In this document: positions 50,149-59,510 of the stretch, piece after piece | How positions within the stretch are numbered: the stretch's first letter is position 1 | How the letters are laid out: each line of letters starts with the position of its first letter | IMG/VR virus record: IMGVR_UViG_3300035501_000471 | DNA from: a virus | Taxonomy: Duplodnaviria > Caudoviricetes | DNA: 64,000 nucleotides | Strand: one strand, 5' to 3' | Program-made: the position numbers and the translations under genes | Notes under the pieces: model-generated | Told to the model about the DNA's origin: nothing | Database searches by the model: none | What the model saw: only the letters and a program-made list of their open reading frames with translations

Positions 50149-50488
50149 CCTTTATTAGTAAATTTTTCAACTTCTCATTAAACAAAGCGTCAGCACCTTT
50201 TTCTTTATATATATCAATAAGTTTCTTTCGGGTTTCTTTATATGACTTTTTCCATTCCTCTGATGCTTTGATTTTCTTTTGAAGTCTCAATTTTTTTTCC
50301 AATCGCCTCAAGTAATCAACAGCACTTCCTTCTTTTTTTCCTTCGATATTTCTAACTCGATTAAGTACATCTAAAACAGCGTGTGTTATACCCTGTTCTG
50401 ATGTTTTATATTCATCATCAATCTCCACACCATCTTCTAATGGTTCAGAGATTACATTAGTGCTGTTAATTAATTTATCTAATTTCAT
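50138..50488 (-). CDS. Chimeric mini-protein: VWA-gene N-terminus fused to peptidase-gene C-terminus
   Basis: Near-identical to 54574-54749 and 54824-54966; intact frame; promoter-like motif 4 nt upstream. Confidence 0.7.
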   Translation of the reverse strand: MKLDKLINSTNVISEPLEDGVEIDDEYKTSEQGITHAVLDVLNRVRNIEGKKEGSAVDYLRRLEKKLRLQKKIKASEEWKKSYKETRKKLIDIYKEKGADALFNEKLKNLLIKDED

Positions 50489-50640
50489 AACTTAAAAATA
50501 ACAAAAGGCTGATGAAAACCTCACCAACCTTTAATACATTATATAAATTTAACTATATCAAATTCCAAAAATTATCATCAACAAATTTTTGAAACTCACT
50601 ATCTAATGGTTTCATATCTTTTAATATTGTTGAGATGAAA

Positions 50641-51528
50641 TCAGACAAAATCCTCTGGTCTGACTCCATACATTTCATAGTAATCTGCAACTCCACATTC
50701 GAGGTCATCTTCACTATATGTAGTTTTTATATCTTTGAAATCAAGTCCAATTTCTTCATCGGTAACTTCACCATACATTTCAAGGTCATCATTATCACAA
50801 TATATAGTTAATTTACTAAATCGAATTTCACCATCACACCAATATTCACCATAACTTCTACGTGAACCAGAAGTCCACACATCATATTCTGAATTTATAA
50901 GACAATTACCTACTGATAATTCTATTTCATCTTCAAATTCAGTCGTTTCATCCATATCCTCACGATATTCAAAATCAAAATTTAGATGATTTTCAATAAT
51001 ATTATAAAGTTCTTGAATATCATCTTCTGTCAATGTCTTTTTCATCCACTCTACAAAACGACGATGTTCAATAACATCTCTTTTTTCTTGATGTTTTTTA
51101 TGGATATCATCATAGTTATGGATTTCCTTATTAGATTTTCCTCTATATCTATCCATATGGTGGTCTTTATCTTGACCGATATGACGTTTATTCCTTTTTT
51201 GTATCAGTTTTTTTACTTCTTCACCATTATCTTTCCACCAAACAGAGAAGATTTCCATATTACCTATAACAACACGATAACCATCTTGTAAGTCTATACA
51301 AAATGTTGCAGGATTTTTGTCATCACCATTATCATACTTTTCACAATACTCATGGAAATCTTTAACAACATCTATAATATCATCATCATGAATATCATAC
51401 AAAAGAGGTTTATCCCACTCATATTTTGGTAAACCATGTTGTTTTATAATGGCTCTCAATTTTCCACTTTGAAAACCTTCATTTAGTGAATTTAGTTTTA
51501 AAAAATCAGAAAAACTTAAAACGTTCAT
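50641..51528 (-). CDS. Hypothetical late protein, candidate internal head protein
   Basis: MNVLSFSDFLKLNSLNEG; CATAAATA at 51550-51557. Confidence 0.65.
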   Translation of the reverse strand: MNVLSFSDFLKLNSLNEGFQSGKLRAIIKQHGLPKYEWDKPLLYDIHDDDIIDVVKDFHEYCEKYDNGDDKNPATFCIDLQDGYRVVIGNMEIFSVWWKDNGEEVKKLIQKRNKRHIGQDKDHHMDRYRGKSNKEIHNYDDIHKKHQEKRDVIEHRRFVEWMKKTLTEDDIQELYNIIENHLNFDFEYREDMDETTEFEDEIELSVGNCLINSEYDVWTSGSRRSYGEYWCDGEIRFSKLTIYCDNDDLEMYGEVTDEEIGLDFKDIKTTYSEDDLECGVADYYEMYGVRPEDFV

Positions 51529-51562
51529 TTCAATAAGTTTATTTTACCATATTTATGAAAAT

Positions 51563-52735
51563 TTACCAAAGTTTTTCTTCATCTGACTTTTTAACTTCTT
51601 TTTTATCAGGTATTTCAGTTAAACTATTATCTATGGCATACTCTATTCTGGTCTTGGCTATTGGTAAGTAATCTTCAGTTATTTCAATACCTATGTAGTT
51701 ATAATTAGCATCTCTATCATAATTCTCACTCATCACTGCTTTTCCTGTTGAACCAGAACCATTAAAACAATCCAGCACAGTTCCACCTTTAGGTGTGACT
51801 AATCTAACCAAGTATTTCATCAAAGAACAAGGTTTACAGGTTGGGTGAAAATTCTTACGGGCAACTCCGCTTCTATTAAACTGATTATTGGCTGATTCTA
51901 ATTCAGGATTTCTATCACTTTTGACAACCAATTCAAAATCATCTAAACCCTCATCTCTATCCCTACGAGAAGCCTTGGCACAGTAAAAATACCTATATTC
52001 TTCGTTAGGAAATCCTTTACATACTTCATTGTCATCTTCATCATAAGTGAGTATTACATTAGCTGGAAATCTACCTTCATCTATTGTTCGTTCACCTGTC
52101 ATTGGTTTCCATCCACCATCATAAGCTTGCCATTTTTCTATTGATTCATCTGTCATCCTATTATAAGCATTCATATTAAACTCATAATTGGATTTATCTT
52201 TTTCACCTGTAATTGGTACTCGACATTCTTCAATATTAAGGGCACCAACATTGTTATTATACATATTATCAATCAGAGAACCTTCAAATGGTTTTCTGGC
52301 GATAATAATAGGTTCATATGCTGGTTTTAGAGCGTTTCCATACTTATATAATTCACTATCGACTGGATGACCTAATTTCTTTTCTAACATTTTACCAACA
52401 TTAGAACTTTTAGGCATACCACTACCATATAACCACATAATAGTATCTCTTATTTCAAAGCCTGCATCTTCAATCGCACACACCATTCTATGAAATGTTC
52501 GAGTGGCACAGAAAGCTACCAAATATCCACCGGGTTTCAATACTTTAAGACAAGTTTTCCAAGTTTCGGGGTTGAGAGTAATTCCTGTATTATCCCATTT
52601 ATTAGACAGGAAATTTAGTTCATATGGTGGATCACAACAAATGGATGTTATACTATTTTCTTCTATAACATCCAACATATCCATCATGTCACCATTATAT
52701 AATTTATAGTTTTTTCCTTCTGAGTATAACTTCAT
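51563..52735 (-). CDS. DNA methyltransferase, beta class
   Basis: CDPPY, HPTCKP, DCFNGSGSTG. Confidence 0.92.
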   Translation of the reverse strand: MKLYSEGKNYKLYNGDMMDMLDVIEENSITSICCDPPYELNFLSNKWDNTGITLNPETWKTCLKVLKPGGYLVAFCATRTFHRMVCAIEDAGFEIRDTIMWLYGSGMPKSSNVGKMLEKKLGHPVDSELYKYGNALKPAYEPIIIARKPFEGSLIDNMYNNNVGALNIEECRVPITGEKDKSNYEFNMNAYNRMTDESIEKWQAYDGGWKPMTGERTIDEGRFPANVILTYDEDDNEVCKGFPNEEYRYFYCAKASRRDRDEGLDDFELVVKSDRNPELESANNQFNRSGVARKNFHPTCKPCSLMKYLVRLVTPKGGTVLDCFNGSGSTGKAVMSENYDRDANYNYIGIEITEDYLPIAKTRIEYAIDNSLTEIPDKKEVKKSDEEKLW

Positions 52736-52780
52736 TATATTACTATTTTGTTAACTTAAAAATAACAAAAGGGGAGATTT

Positions 52781-54766
52781 TTAAACCTCCCCTGATATAT
52801 CATCTTTTTCTAATTCTGAAATTTCTGTTGTTACGACTTGTTTTATACCAGCAATATCTTTTAGGTATCCAATCTCAGGTCCCAATATTCTTTCAGCGAA
52901 GTCACCCCAACTCTTATCATAATATACTAAACAAAGTATATCTTTCAAATATCTTGAACAATTCTGTTTTAGATATTTTGGGTCTTTGGGGTTACTATAA
53001 CTTGTTGCCCACAGACCATCACCAAATATAAAGATAGGACAGTCATGGTTTCTTCTTTTCAATTTAAGTATCTCTAATGACACCGCTTCAAAGTTTTCAA
53101 TTCCACCACCGAGTCCTTGATCAGATATAAATTTCCAGATGTCTTTTAATAGGTCTTCAAACTTAGCCTTGTTTCTAATATCTCTTTCTTTTACCTTATA
53201 TGGTTTAGATAATCTTTCACCAAATCCATATATATTTACTTCATTAAATGCTAACTTTCTACAAAAATCCAAAACTCTCTGTAAAAATGTAAATACTAAT
53301 GGTTGAGATACAGAACCAGAAAAGTCAATGAAACAATTTATCTGTTCAATCTCACCACCAGCAGGAGATGATTTAGGTAACACAGCATCTCTCCAAAGGT
53401 GTTTTTTATCACCCCATGTAGTTTTCTTATACTTAGATGAACTTGTTCCTGACCTCTTTGATTTAGAACGTAAGAAGATTTTAACCATTTCTTTCCATTC
53501 CATATTAGTTATCTTACCTTTCAGAACACCACGAAGAATACCTTTTGCCAATGATGAACCAGACTTTCCAGACTCAGCGGCTTTCTTTTCAAGTTCTTCC
53601 GCAGCCTCCTTAGCAATAGTTTCATCATCCTCCATTTCATCTGATGTGTCTGTGTTTTTGTCCTTTTTCATTTTTTCAATGTCTTTTGGATCAAACCCAC
53701 CTTTTTTCATATCATCGGTAAATAGGTCATCATCAGGAGCATCTTCCAATGTTTCACCAGCTAACTCACCAGAACCAGATTTAGTTTCATCTGTTGCTTT
53801 GTCAATATCTTCTTTCAAATCACTGGCTTTTTCTTCTGAGGATTTACCATCTTCACTGTCACCAAAAGAATCCTTCATTTTATCAAGTAATTCTTTTTCT
53901 GATGATGAACTTGTCCCCTCTTTAGTTCTATCAAGTGCATCCTTTATCTCACTTTCCAATGAATCATAATCTTCTGAATCATAATCTATTGTGTCATCAT
54001 AGTCAACATCATCATCAGAACCATCACCAGAATCCCCACTTGATGAACTTCCACTTGTTCCTCCATGTGAACTTGATGAACCACCTGAAGATTTACTACT
54101 ACTTCCACCTGAACCTTCACCTTCGGAATCACCATCATCAAAGTCACCATCTTCATCTGAACCACCTGAAGAACTATCATCACCAGAATCATCTCCAAAG
54201 TCCCAGTCATCATCATCTCCAAGGTCATCATCATCTCCAAAATCACCATCTTCATACTCATCTTCATCATCACCACTGGGAGAAGAACCACCAAAATCAT
54301 CACCTTCTTCATCACCAGTTTCACCATGACGAGAATCAGAATCATAATCGAAATCATCAAATTCAAAATCCGGTTCATGTTTGTCAGATTCATCATCTTC
54401 ATCATCCTCAGATTTTGGATCCTCTAATTTTTCAATGTCATCCATATCATCCATAGTTGATGACTTAAATAATGAACCATCACCATCACCTCCAGCACCA
54501 CCATCGTCATAAGGTTTATCTGTCACACTGTCAGTATCATCACCACCGGGTTTTTCACCACCTGTATCATCACCACTTCCTTCTTTCTTTCCTTCGATAT
54601 TTCTAACTCGATTAAGTACATCTAAAACGGCTTGTGTTATACCCTGTTCTGATGTTTTATATTCATCATCAATTTCCACACCAACTTCATCACCATCTTC
54701 TAATGATTCAGTGATTACATTAGTGTTTTTAATTAATTTATCTAATTTCTCAAAAATACTTTCCAT
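52781..54766 (-). CDS. VWA-like protein with long acidic D/G/S linker (DUF2201 C-terminal-like)
   Basis: FIDFSGS MIDAS motif, GLGGG, IFGDG; low-complexity region ~53990-54580. Confidence 0.75.
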   Translation of the reverse strand: MESIFEKLDKLIKNTNVITESLEDGDEVGVEIDDEYKTSEQGITQAVLDVLNRVRNIEGKKEGSGDDTGGEKPGGDDTDSVTDKPYDDGGAGGDGDGSLFKSSTMDDMDDIEKLEDPKSEDDEDDESDKHEPDFEFDDFDYDSDSRHGETGDEEGDDFGGSSPSGDDEDEYEDGDFGDDDDLGDDDDWDFGDDSGDDSSSGGSDEDGDFDDGDSEGEGSGGSSSKSSGGSSSSHGGTSGSSSSGDSGDGSDDDVDYDDTIDYDSEDYDSLESEIKDALDRTKEGTSSSSEKELLDKMKDSFGDSEDGKSSEEKASDLKEDIDKATDETKSGSGELAGETLEDAPDDDLFTDDMKKGGFDPKDIEKMKKDKNTDTSDEMEDDETIAKEAAEELEKKAAESGKSGSSLAKGILRGVLKGKITNMEWKEMVKIFLRSKSKRSGTSSSKYKKTTWGDKKHLWRDAVLPKSSPAGGEIEQINCFIDFSGSVSQPLVFTFLQRVLDFCRKLAFNEVNIYGFGERLSKPYKVKERDIRNKAKFEDLLKDIWKFISDQGLGGGIENFEAVSLEILKLKRRNHDCPIFIFGDGLWATSYSNPKDPKYLKQNCSRYLKDILCLVYYDKSWGDFAERILGPEIGYLKDIAGIKQVVTTEISELEKDDISGEV

Positions 54767-54768
54767 GA

Positions 54769-56679
54769 TTAATCTTCCTCTGATGTTTTTGTTACTTTAG
54801 GAGCGAGTTTTTCAGCTTCATCAAACAAAGCGTCAGCACCTTTTTCTTTATATATATCAATAAGTTTCTTTCTGGTTTCTTTATAAGCCTTCTTCCATTC
54901 CTCTGATGCTTTAATTTTCTTTTGGGTTTTCAATTTTTTACCCAATCTTCTCAAACCATCAACCGCTAATGACATGGCACCAAATTTAGCACCCGGTGTT
55001 TCATCTTCATCACCAATAATGTCAAAGAAATGACTTACATCTTTGAAAACATCATCTAAGAATGTAGGAATTTCTCTTTTCTCCCATTTTAATATTTTGT
55101 CATCTATTAACTTGTCAAAATCTTCAGTAAGGTCTTTTTTCAATGTTGGTATATATGAAACAACTTCTTCTACATCTTCATGTACCAAATCTGTAACTTT
55201 CTTTTCAGTCAATTCAGTCATAGCTTGTCTCATTGAATATAAAGTATCACAAGTATCTGAACTAATTCTACCAATATCATATAGTCTTTCAAGATTAATA
55301 AAGGTATCCACAAATTTTTGAATTGGGTTTTTCTTTTTTAATTTATCCTTTATGGTTTCTGCCTTTTCTCTATCTCTTTCTTCTTTAGTTTTACCTGTTT
55401 TCCTAGTTTTTTCGGCTTCTCTTTCTGCCTTTTCTTTTTCCCTTCTAACCTTATCTTTATGTTCTTCAATCGCTCTTTTACGACGTTCACTTTTTCTCTT
55501 TTTATCAAGGTCATTTAATATTATAGCTTCCAAATCATCCTTAGCTTGTCTAATGATTTTTCTTTCTTCTCGTATCTCTTTATCACCTTCATATAAAGTA
55601 TTGAGAGCTTCTGTTAATGATTTCATCGCAGTTTTTACATCATTAACCACATCTTCTTCATCCTTTCTAAAGGCTTCACCTATTTTAGATGCATTCTTTA
55701 ACAGATTTTTTCTCAACATTTTAATATCAGAAATAGTCACTGAAATTTCATGGTCATCCATTTCTTTAGGGTTGGTTCGTAAGTCATCTACTACATTTTG
55801 TATATCAGATTCTAAATCACCAATTTCACCCAACATTGAATCCATTAATTTTTCCAACTCTCGTCTTAAACCAGCAAGGTCAGCCTTATCAACTATTTTA
55901 CGGTCTTTTTTACCATATAGTTCATCCATAGCTTTCTTTAACTTTTCACCAGCGATTTCTTTTTCCGCAGATGTTGAATCTTTATCATTCAAAACAGTCA
56001 AGGCTTCTTCTATTGCTTTAAGGGCGGCCTTGGTCTTATCATCGAGTTTTATACCATTCAGTTTCATCCATTTTTCATACTCCATGTCACCATATTTGTC
56101 ATAGATGTCTTCCCATGTCATTCCTGTGTATGCTGGATTATAACAACCATTCATCTTTTTCCAGAAATCTTTAGAAACAATACCATCATCAACCATAGAG
56201 GCGTTTACTTCAAAGTCAGTGGCCAGATTACATTTCATATGAATTTCTTTAGTTGCTCCTGTTCCAAATCTCTTTATACCCTTTTCAACATGCTTAAAGA
56301 AATTGTGCATTAACTCATGAAATAAAATACCAAACACCCGTTCTTTTTTCATTTTACAAGTATTATACACAAAATGAGCGTTTATCCATAAGTTTTTCTT
56401 TTGGTCAACCGCCATTGTATTAATACCCATCGAACTGGGATAATTTGGTATAAAAAAGATTTTACTGTATTTAATATATGAGTAAAAGAAACGATATTCA
56501 GAAGAAATCTTAAACATCGCATCAGTTACCACTTTTACTATATCTTTAGTTTCAACTGGAATTATAGCCTTTAATGTCATATCATAAATGTCAATCGTTC
56601 CAAGTTCCAAAAAAAGGTCTTCATTACCCTCAACAGCAGAACTGGATTCATTAAGACGATTGTAGTATATAAGATTCAT
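54769..56679 (-). CDS. Putative zinc metallopeptidase (DUF2201 N-terminal-like) with helical extension
   Basis: TMAVD...LWIN..F...FHELMH...H...NLATDFEVN...WEDIYD; CATAAATA at 56702-56709. Confidence 0.78.
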   Translation of the reverse strand: MNLIYYNRLNESSSAVEGNEDLFLELGTIDIYDMTLKAIIPVETKDIVKVVTDAMFKISSEYRFFYSYIKYSKIFFIPNYPSSMGINTMAVDQKKNLWINAHFVYNTCKMKKERVFGILFHELMHNFFKHVEKGIKRFGTGATKEIHMKCNLATDFEVNASMVDDGIVSKDFWKKMNGCYNPAYTGMTWEDIYDKYGDMEYEKWMKLNGIKLDDKTKAALKAIEEALTVLNDKDSTSAEKEIAGEKLKKAMDELYGKKDRKIVDKADLAGLRRELEKLMDSMLGEIGDLESDIQNVVDDLRTNPKEMDDHEISVTISDIKMLRKNLLKNASKIGEAFRKDEEDVVNDVKTAMKSLTEALNTLYEGDKEIREERKIIRQAKDDLEAIILNDLDKKRKSERRKRAIEEHKDKVRREKEKAEREAEKTRKTGKTKEERDREKAETIKDKLKKKNPIQKFVDTFINLERLYDIGRISSDTCDTLYSMRQAMTELTEKKVTDLVHEDVEEVVSYIPTLKKDLTEDFDKLIDDKILKWEKREIPTFLDDVFKDVSHFFDIIGDEDETPGAKFGAMSLAVDGLRRLGKKLKTQKKIKASEEWKKAYKETRKKLIDIYKEKGADALFDEAEKLAPKVTKTSEED

Positions 56680-56715
56680 TACTAAAAGTATTATTATAAG
56701 TTATTTATGGTGATA

Positions 56716-56747
56716 AAAAAACCTGTCCAAAAAATGAACAGGTTTTT
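56716..56747 (-). terminator. Intrinsic terminator
   Basis: aaaaacctgt...acaggttttt. Confidence 0.6.
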
Positions 56748-56767
56748 AATTATATTGAGTAATCAAA

Positions 56768-59473
56768 TTAACTATTTACTTGATATCTATCATCACATAA
56801 TTTGAAATAATTTTTAAGTTGTTTAGCATTTGATTTATCCATCAGTTTGTCAAGAATATCAACATGCATCTGTTTAATATAATTATCCTTTGAACGAGAA
56901 TATGTATTATTAATCAAATTTGTCATATTGATAAGATATTCTTCTGGAGGTAAATCAGTTTTTGAATAATGTGATTCAATATAGGTTAAACATTTTTCAG
57001 CAATCTCAGCGGCGGAAGGAATAGGTTCAGGTATCACATAAGAAGGATCTTCAAATACACTCTTCATATTAACCACTGTATCAGCACGAGATGTAATATA
57101 ATCAATATATTTATTACCTGTCACCTCACCAATCGCACCATACACGATATCTTTCAATGTTTCTATAGGTAATTCTGTGAAGTTAGTACAACCTTCCATC
57201 TTACAATGTGCCTTAAATTCTTTCATCATAGCTGACCAAGAACGAGGTGTTGGGTGGGCAACTTCACCTTCAGCATGAGCGTCAGTATCAATATTGTGCC
57301 AGTTAATATATTCACCATTACTATCTTTTTCACTAACTAAGAAAGACAATGTTAATTCATCAAATCCACCCTTAGTAGTCGCCCATTTTCTCCATTCGCT
57401 AAATTCTGGGATAAAGTTAAGTTGCATACCAAAACGGGTTGTGACTACTGAACCAGTTCTTTCAAATGTTGATGATACTTCTTCATCATCATTAGGTCTA
57501 TTTGAACAAGCAATAATAGCCCATTTATCACCAAGGATATATCGACCATCACTATATGAACGGTTTAGTAAAAGTTGCATCAAAATTTTAAAGATTGAAG
57601 GATCGGCTCTAAAGAACTCATCAAACATTAAAATACCTCCATCAAATGATTCTTCAACAATTAAGTTTTTATCATCATCATAATATTCTTTTACATCACC
57701 ATTTGCAATAAAGTTACGAAGTTGTCTTTCTTTTGGATCATTTGTTTTTCTATAACAAGGCAACCAAGTCTTAGGAGCATCATCACTTCTTACAAATGAT
57801 TTGTTTTCCATATCATCATCATCGAAGCCCAATTTATTAGCAAAGTTTTTAACAACTGAACTATTATCTGCAAATTCTTTCATTGTTTGTCTTACAGGCA
57901 TAGGAAGTGACAAACCATCAGGTGTCAAATCACCACACTCAACAACCATAAGTGATTTTTTAGTTTCAGCAGATGATTTAGACTTATTGTATTCTTTAAT
58001 GATTGCATCTGGAATTGAAGATTTACCAATACCGGGAGCACCCCAAATTAATAGAGGTTTCAAAGCATCATTACCCACTTCACCGGGTGTATAAAACATT
58101 CTGGTCTTTATATATTTCTTCAATCCTTCGGTATTTACATCACGAATAGATTTAAGACCTCCACTTTTACCAGAGAAACCAACTCTATCTTCTTCAATAA
58201 TCTCATCAAACTTACCAACATTAGCACTTTCATTAATCATACCAATAAAGGTTTTGTAGTTTTCATATTCAACATCACCTTTTTCAATATTATCATAGTA
58301 TCCAGTAAGTCCGGTTAATTGAGCTTCTGTTTTAACATTATCATTCAAAAGTCGATTTACAACAGGAGAATATGCAGTTACACCTTTAACATCACCATTA
58401 GCAATACAATTTAATGATGTGAAAGGACTGGTAGCAGGAATAAAACCATTTTCACCAAAGACTGCAACTAAAAATTCATCAACTTTAGTAATACCTATCT
58501 TAAACAATGATTTTACTTTTTCAATACCTTTCTTGACGAATGATTTTGTTTTGTCCCAAAGTCCTTCATTCAACATAAATGTTTCAAAGTCCATCACATG
58601 AGAAAATTTAGACTCATATTTGAAATCTTTGAATTTACTGTTCCAGAAATCAGCTGACATTTCCTTTTCTTCATCTTCATTAGCACCAATAAAAGGAAGT
58701 GGGGCTCGTTTTTCAGACTCAACGGTTCTTCTTTCACCAGTATCAGGATCATCAACTATTTCCTTCACTTTAATCATCTTAGGTTTCCATTTATTAACAG
58801 ATTGATTAAATTTTGAACCTAAGAACATATTTTTAAAGTCAGCACATGAACCAACATTCCAATCACAAATACTATCATTATTAAATGTTGATTTGTAGAA
58901 CATACCTTCCATATGTTTAACTGCACTAACATCCCATTCACTTAAATCAGCATTGGGGAGATTTGTAAAGGCCAACAAAGCGGTCATATCCTTTACATTA
59001 CGAGTATCAAGTAGTGATAAAGGAGTTTTTCTATTCATATTCTTTTCCTCTTTACAAATTACATCATAAATTGCATTGACTACTTTGAATACATTTCTTT
59101 TTGAACTACTTGTGTTATCAACAACTATTCGTGAACGTGGATCTGTACTGAGTTCAACTTCTTCAGGTTCTTCTGATGTCTCATCTTCATCACCATCTTC
59201 ATCTTCATCAGTATCAGGTTCTACAATTTCTGTCTTTCTTGTATCATCACCACCTTCAGAGGGTTCATCTTCATCATCATCAAACATTGAATCAAATCGA
59301 CCTTCATTCAATTTATTTGATTTAATAGATTTATTAATCTTATCTTCATTCTGAACAAACCACTCATCAAATTCTACTAAAAAATTTTTATTAGAGTGTC
59401 CTTCTTCGAGACGTTGGTTATATCCATCTAACCATTCCATCACCGCAGGACTTAAAAGTTGGTCTAATGTCAT
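56768..59473 (-). CDS. MoxR-like AAA+ ATPase with N-terminal BspA/DUF285-like repeats
   Basis: WGAPGIGKS, MFDEFFRA, ACSNRP, RF, PTPRSW; WDVSAVKHMEGMF / WNVGSCADFKNMF repeats. Confidence 0.8.
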   Translation of the reverse strand: MTLDQLLSPAVMEWLDGYNQRLEEGHSNKNFLVEFDEWFVQNEDKINKSIKSNKLNEGRFDSMFDDDEDEPSEGGDDTRKTEIVEPDTDEDEDGDEDETSEEPEEVELSTDPRSRIVVDNTSSSKRNVFKVVNAIYDVICKEEKNMNRKTPLSLLDTRNVKDMTALLAFTNLPNADLSEWDVSAVKHMEGMFYKSTFNNDSICDWNVGSCADFKNMFLGSKFNQSVNKWKPKMIKVKEIVDDPDTGERRTVESEKRAPLPFIGANEDEEKEMSADFWNSKFKDFKYESKFSHVMDFETFMLNEGLWDKTKSFVKKGIEKVKSLFKIGITKVDEFLVAVFGENGFIPATSPFTSLNCIANGDVKGVTAYSPVVNRLLNDNVKTEAQLTGLTGYYDNIEKGDVEYENYKTFIGMINESANVGKFDEIIEEDRVGFSGKSGGLKSIRDVNTEGLKKYIKTRMFYTPGEVGNDALKPLLIWGAPGIGKSSIPDAIIKEYNKSKSSAETKKSLMVVECGDLTPDGLSLPMPVRQTMKEFADNSSVVKNFANKLGFDDDDMENKSFVRSDDAPKTWLPCYRKTNDPKERQLRNFIANGDVKEYYDDDKNLIVEESFDGGILMFDEFFRADPSIFKILMQLLLNRSYSDGRYILGDKWAIIACSNRPNDDEEVSSTFERTGSVVTTRFGMQLNFIPEFSEWRKWATTKGGFDELTLSFLVSEKDSNGEYINWHNIDTDAHAEGEVAHPTPRSWSAMMKEFKAHCKMEGCTNFTELPIETLKDIVYGAIGEVTGNKYIDYITSRADTVVNMKSVFEDPSYVIPEPIPSAAEIAEKCLTYIESHYSKTDLPPEEYLINMTNLINNTYSRSKDNYIKQMHVDILDKLMDKSNAKQLKNYFKLCDDRYQVNS

Positions 59474-59510
59474 TTTTATAAATTTATTACATATATTATA
59501 TTTACGGAAA

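Noticed and set aside
50553-50615. 20-aa ORF MKPLDSEFQKFVDDNFWNLI
   Set aside because: Plausible but too short to support from sequence alone.
53328-56104. Long antisense or alternative-frame ORFs (53328, 53935, 53986, 55352)
   Set aside because: Shadows of low-complexity D/G/S- and K/E-rich coding sequence.
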